A program made the position numbers and the translations under genes. Under the pieces are notes generated by a model that searched no databases, had not been told where the DNA came from, and was given only the letters and a program-made list of their open reading frames with translations. Below are positions 36,185 to 41,134 of a stretch of DNA of 41,134 bases, in pieces. Numbering within the stretch: position 1 is the first letter of the stretch; every line of letters starts with the position of its first letter. This DNA comes from Sphaeroforma arctica JP610 (taxonomy: Eukaryota), in assembly GCF_001186125.1 (NCBI RefSeq), contig NW_014039860.1, positions 1 through 41,134 on the forward strand, in the 5' to 3' direction.

Positions 36185-39100
36185 GCATCGCACGTGGTCC
36201 GAGAACATCGGCTGAGAGAATGTCAACATCGACAACAGTGCAAAGAGCATGAGAGGGAGTGCTACTACAATGTCTAGACACGCGTACGTTTATATATACG
36301 GAAAACATAGCAAGGACACGGCGTGTGTGAGTGTTATAGATATACAGCTGATAGTATGTGTGAATTGCGTATGAGTGTGGGTGTGATGTTCATTGGGTTT
36401 TAAACGCATACAGACACTGGGCGCAGGGTGTGAGAAACTTGGACAGGATTATTGGTGTGACGAAACGCCATTTAGCGCAGTAGTAGCTTATATACTATAA
36501 GTAGATATGCGATTGTGTTCGCGATGAGGTAAACAGGCCCAATCTGAGATGAATATAATGCTATATCATTGGCTGAAATGGATATATGTCTATATCATTG
36601 GCTGAAATGGATATATGGTTATATCATTGGCTGAATACATAAGGCTATATCATTGGTAGGATAGCGGGAATTCCAGGCATGAAATCCTAGATATCATCGT
36701 CAATTAAACGAGCATGGATGCGAGACTCAAGTATGGAAATGTCAAGGTAAGTCGTAGCTAAGGCCATAACTAAGGCCGTAACCAAGGCCGCAGCTAAAGG
36801 CTTAACTAAGTGTGTTTGAGGTGAAAGCCTGAAGTATGGGAGTGAGAAACTAGCGGAGGATATTGAGTGGAAAATAATACATACAGAATGACAGCAATAC
36901 ATGATGGATTGGATCACTGACTTGGGACTCAGGCATGAATTGCTGGTTTAAACAGTTGAACAAGAGGGGTTGGTTGTGAGATACACCTATTAAATTGGAT
37001 GTATAGGCAAACACAGTAGTATAGAGAGAGCCATTGGACTCCGACACTACGGGGGTGTATGCGAAGGACGCCACAGCTAGAGAGCAATGTTGCACAGTAT
37101 CAAGAGAAGATGCGACCAGGATACGATCGAAAATACCAACAGAAGTATGTAAACTTCCAGGAATATCATGGTCCGCTATCAAGGTGAAATGAACAACGGC
37201 AGAGAAGATTGTGAGCGAAGGCGTTGTGAAGGGGTGTGAAGGTTTGTGATTCCGATACGTCGCAATGACATAGCAGTCTACCAATTTTAGGGTCTTAGAA
37301 AACCCATACACCCTAAAACCCTAATTGGTATCGGGCAAATAAATAGGAACATGACGTAAACGCCGACAAATCACCACTTATCAAGTATAATTGCCCATTA
37401 AATTATAGGAACTAGGCGTTTATAAAGGCACATTAATTGAAACACTAGTTCAGAACCAGACACTGATTTACACAGCACATACCAACGTAAAGCATCGATC
37501 GGGGTGCGTTTCCCTCCAATGCGCCGGCACTCCCGTCACCTGTAGAGATGCGAATATTATATTAAATATTGAATGTATTATACTATATGATAAATGCATT
37601 ATAATATAATACATGTATGATACATGTATTAAAATATATGATAAATGTTTTATAGTATGCAAAACATGTCTTATATTATATGATGCATGTAACATATTAT
37701 ATGATACATGTATTATATTATACGATCAATACGAGGACAAGTTGACAGGAATCGGACACAAGATGGGTTTAGAAAAGACTTCTACCGGATTCAATTGACG
37801 CGTAGCCTATACCGAGGCATATGAGAAGTGCTTTGGCTCTGAACTGGTTGTGCGCAAAGAATGTTTTCTCATACTCAATCGTATGTCGTATGGTCTTTAT
37901 CTCTCGATGATATGTACCATAGCTTGCACAAGGTGGGTAGTCGTATAGGATCTCCAGTGTTTGTATATATGCATGTGAGGATGAAGTAGGTCATATAGCT
38001 TTATGCACATAATATTGATTTTATAGACGTATGTATATGGACATGCACTTGATTGCGTTAAATACACTATGCAAGATAGTATATGCATGTGATATACTCC
38101 CCTAGAGAAACATAAAGTGAGAAAATTTATACATACAAAAAATTCTATATTCATATTACAAATTCCCCTAAAGAAAGCTGTGCACTCAGTCAGCCAAAAT
38201 CACAGACAACGTAACACACGTGCACGAGTCATGTGCACATCGTTGCCATATCGATATAATTCATAGTTATCATATACAACATATACTATACCCCCATCCA
38301 CAAGAACGCGCCCAAAGATAGCACACAACAGTAGCACTGCATAAGCGAAGATATAATGCATATTCGCTAATGACTGATATGGGCGAATGGGCCTACCTCG
38401 CTTCCAAAAAAGAGATAGTCGCCGGTGATCGGCTTCATGTGAGTGTACGGAGTGTCTGTCTTGGAAGTCAATATGTGCACGCGCCCAGGGTCCAAAGACT
38501 TGAAGAAGGCTTCCTGTTGTTGTATGAAAGAGGACATCTGGTGAGTGGTTGTATTTGCTACCAGTATCCAATGCGAGTGTATTGCACTAAAATAAGTATA
38601 CTTATATATTCGTGTAAGGCAAACCGGAGACTTTATCTGAGAGTGGAATATGTTTATAGGGGGGCGAACGATGAATGTCGATATGCACACATGTCTATTC
38701 TGATACATGTACACATCTTAAACATACATAATATTAAACATACACATATTCTGATGACGACACGTGTACGTCGTCTCCCACGCAGAAGCTAAGACCGTAA
38801 ACCCTGTAGCATCTTCTATAAAAGTTCCATACGTCACAACAAAACGTTAACCAACAGGAAGCACGAACACTCGTCCCATATTTCATTTGAAGTCAACGCG
38901 GTCTGCACCTTACACGAAGACATACCCTAGGACCATGTGCGACTTAACGCGGCCAACCAGAACAAGCGGATACACTCGCGCATAGTGTAGCAGTGCACAC
39001 GTTTGTACTAAACCACACCCACTCGGTACACACGCTTGTACCGAACTAAACCCACTCGATACAGGCATGGGGCCACCCCCACCACCACAAATCGCTACAA

Positions 39101-40633
39101 GTACGTACGCGCCCGTGTGTGCCTAGGCACTGAGGGAGCCGAACATTAAGCGTTACGTTCAATATACTTATCACAGAAGTAATGGGGAAGAAAAGACAAA
39201 CAGTTAGCAGGTACCTTGTCTGGTTGTAGTTCCCAGGAGAGGTGCTCCCAGTAGTCCAGTCCCGCGCGTTTCAGGTTGGCGTCGCTGATCTTCATCCCAA
39301 CGTGATGCAGATATTGTGTGTGAGAGGAGACAACTTGTACAAAGACAACCAACAACAGCACATTCGTCTAAGGCGCACTGGTCCACCCAGGGACATGGAT
39401 GGGTCATATGCATCCGAATTCTATAAAAAGGGTCAACCGGTCGTAATATGGGTCATACGCACCCGAATTCTATAAAAAGGGTCAACCGGTCGTAGTATGG
39501 GTCATATACACCCAAACTCTATAAAAAGGTTCAACCGGTCGTAGTATGGGTCATATGCACCTAAAACTCTATAAAAAGGGTCAACCGGTTGCAGTATGGG
39601 TTCCAACCCCTGTCGTTGTGTTATCAATGCCATTCATTTCTGGGGAATAAATCCCCATTATAATCGACTGTAGTATCATTGATAAGAAACAAGCTTGTGC
39701 CCGTGAGCTATAGAGGGGTACAGTCGAGTGCTCGATATGGAGACTCGATGTGCGATGTAGTCATACACTGAACGTCTCATACGCTCCCAAGAAACAACCG
39801 GAAATAAGAGAACGGCACTAGACTTAATCAACCCATGACGAATGCTCACAGTGCCGAAGAAAACCGATTCATCATCGAAGAAAAACAGAACTAGTATCAA
39901 ACAAACAAAGATGATGTTTTAATTTGAATTATAGAACGNNNNNNNNNNNNNNNNNNNNNNNNNNNNNNNNNNNNNNNNNNNNNNNNNNNNNNNNNNNNNN
40001 GTGTGTGTATACTCTGACTATAGGGTCACAACATACCTTGAATTTAGGGGTGCCCGCAATAATCATGTGCACCTGCAGGTTGGTGTGGCCAAATGCGTTC
40101 GTGTCGTTTAGAAATGAGACTGCCTATACGTTTTGGATCGTCCAATTGAATTGCTAAGGACTGTCATACAGTTTTGTGGCGACCAACACATGTGGTGTGG
40201 TGGGGCATACCTACCACCTATAATGGCCAATAATCCAGGAATCCACCACTGAAAAAACGAGTGCAGCAGTCACGAACATACCCATTCAATGGTTCTCAAT
40301 AGAACACCCGGAAAATAAACACAGGTCACTGCGCACACACACAACATGTCGCCCAAACCCGAATTAGGCAACGGTTGTCGAAAGCGTTTGGTGTGCGTGC
40401 CTAGACCACTGACAGTAGACAATTATCCAGGAGCCTCACACTCGCACTCACACACACGTTGTGAGAGCAACTATGCAAGCATACACCTATACGTCAAGTA
40501 CTCGCCTGCGTACCTTAGTCGCCGCACAGAGCCTTGAGATGGCGCCGGTGTTCTGTGGGATACATGGGTCCACCAGCACTACGTTCAGCAGAGGTCGCAG
40601 GATGCGTTTGGTGGGTGTTACTAGGCCGCTCAT
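36119..40633 (-). CDS. trmL: tRNA (cytidine/uridine(34)-2'-O)-methyltransferase TrmL (SPOUT family), 6 exons, 165 aa
   Basis: Exons 40633-40514, 40072-40037, 39289-39215, 38513-38397, 37539-37483 and 36211-36119, all phase 0 and GT-AG (498 nt). Protein: MSGLVTPTKRILRPLLNVVLVDPCIPQNTGAISRLCAATKVHMIIAGTPKFKISDANLKRAGLDYWEHL...GDYLFFGSEVTGVP...FTLPMFSDHVRCLNLANTVAVSVYDGLRQLEAF. It has all three SPOUT motifs and the TrmL-specific KRAGLDYW. Confidence 0.95.
36561..36656. repeat. 29 bp tandem repeat, ~3.5 copies, in trmL intron 5
   Basis: ctatatcattggctgaaatggatatatg repeated. Confidence 0.9.
37560..37725. repeat. Degenerate AT-rich ~21 bp tandem repeat in trmL intron 4
   Basis: atatgata(c/a)atg(t/c)attatatt-like units. 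Confidence 0.7.
39399..39601. repeat. 49-50 bp minisatellite, 4 copies, in trmL intron 2
   Basis: atgggtcatatgca.ccgaattctataaaaagggtcaaccggtcgta.t repeated. Confidence 0.95.
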
Positions 40634-40650
40634 AGTTGTCAATTATCCAG
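40192..40650 (-). repeat. Two diverged copies of the trmL start-codon region inside intron 1
   Basis: Original at 40604-40650. Copy 40384-40430 matches 37/47 nt. A weaker copy ends at 40238 (caataatccag vs caattatccag). Confidence 0.8.
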
Positions 40651-41134
40651 TAGAACAGTGTATGACCGTGAGCTGCTGCTCAATGGTGGTGTGGATGGGT
40701 GTGGACTTTCAGTTTACGAAACCAACGATTCTGACCAAGAAAGTGAGTTCAATACGAGGCAGAAAGAAGATTCATTCATATATAGATATATGGTTCACAT
40801 ACATCTATATATTTCATGTACACATACATATGACTTATGTACATCTATATATGACTCATGTTCATCTATATCTGCATATTTTAGAGCATATGCCCAACGT
40901 ACAGTGTATTGTACGAAACTACAGGCATTCTAAGTTCCCTACACAAGCAACTTCGAAACTATCTCGTAACTATACATGTGTGCGTGAATATGAGAGCCCG
41001 CCCACAACTGATCTATATTATAGTACACTCTAAAGTATATACATATATGTATACTATAGTAAATAGACCTATAGGTAAATGTATGTATGTACACTATGGA
41101 TTATAGACGTATACAAACACACACACACTCACAC

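Noticed and set aside
35985..36308. 107 aa ORF as an independent gene
   Set aside because: It is an off-frame read of the trmL last exon running into repeat unit 2.
27913..36656. Recurring period of 29 nt (and 87 = 3 x 29) in unrelated repeats
   Set aside because: Units share no sequence and other repeats have periods of 22, 37, 49, 55 and 121; probably coincidence.
39399..39601. 49 bp repeat with TATA-like ctataaaaagg and palindromic accggt as a promoter array or CRISPR
   Set aside because: Simple intronic minisatellite without spacers; no independent evidence of promoter function.
40461..41033. 190 aa plus-strand ORF
   Set aside because: Antisense to trmL exon 1 and extended by a degenerate 21 bp AT-rich repeat; no protein-like features.

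Overview
Intron-rich eukaryotic genomic DNA with (TA)n/(CA)n microsatellites, five assembly gaps and GT-AG introns. Style and gene content suggest a unicellular opisthokont such as an ichthyosporean; this is inference only. Hand splicing gives four intact multi-exon genes that the ORF track shows only in fragments: a STYX pseudophosphatase (463-2845 +), an ankyrin/coiled-coil/RING protein (16599-20330 +), an MMADHC/CblD cobalamin-trafficking protein (27998-30350 +) and a bacterial-type TrmL tRNA methyltransferase with five introns (36119-40633 -). There is also an intronless tandem DUF3147-like membrane protein (5116-6042 +). Decayed genes are a frameshifted multi-exon 7TM/GPCR-like gene (10187-14017 -), a secreted germin-like cupin (21391-22013 +) and a possible second 7TM fragment. 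The most unusual structures are diverged 'echo' copies of both the stop and start regions of trmL, and patches rich in palindromes and micro-duplications upstream of genes. No rRNA, tRNA, CRISPR or intact transposase was found.
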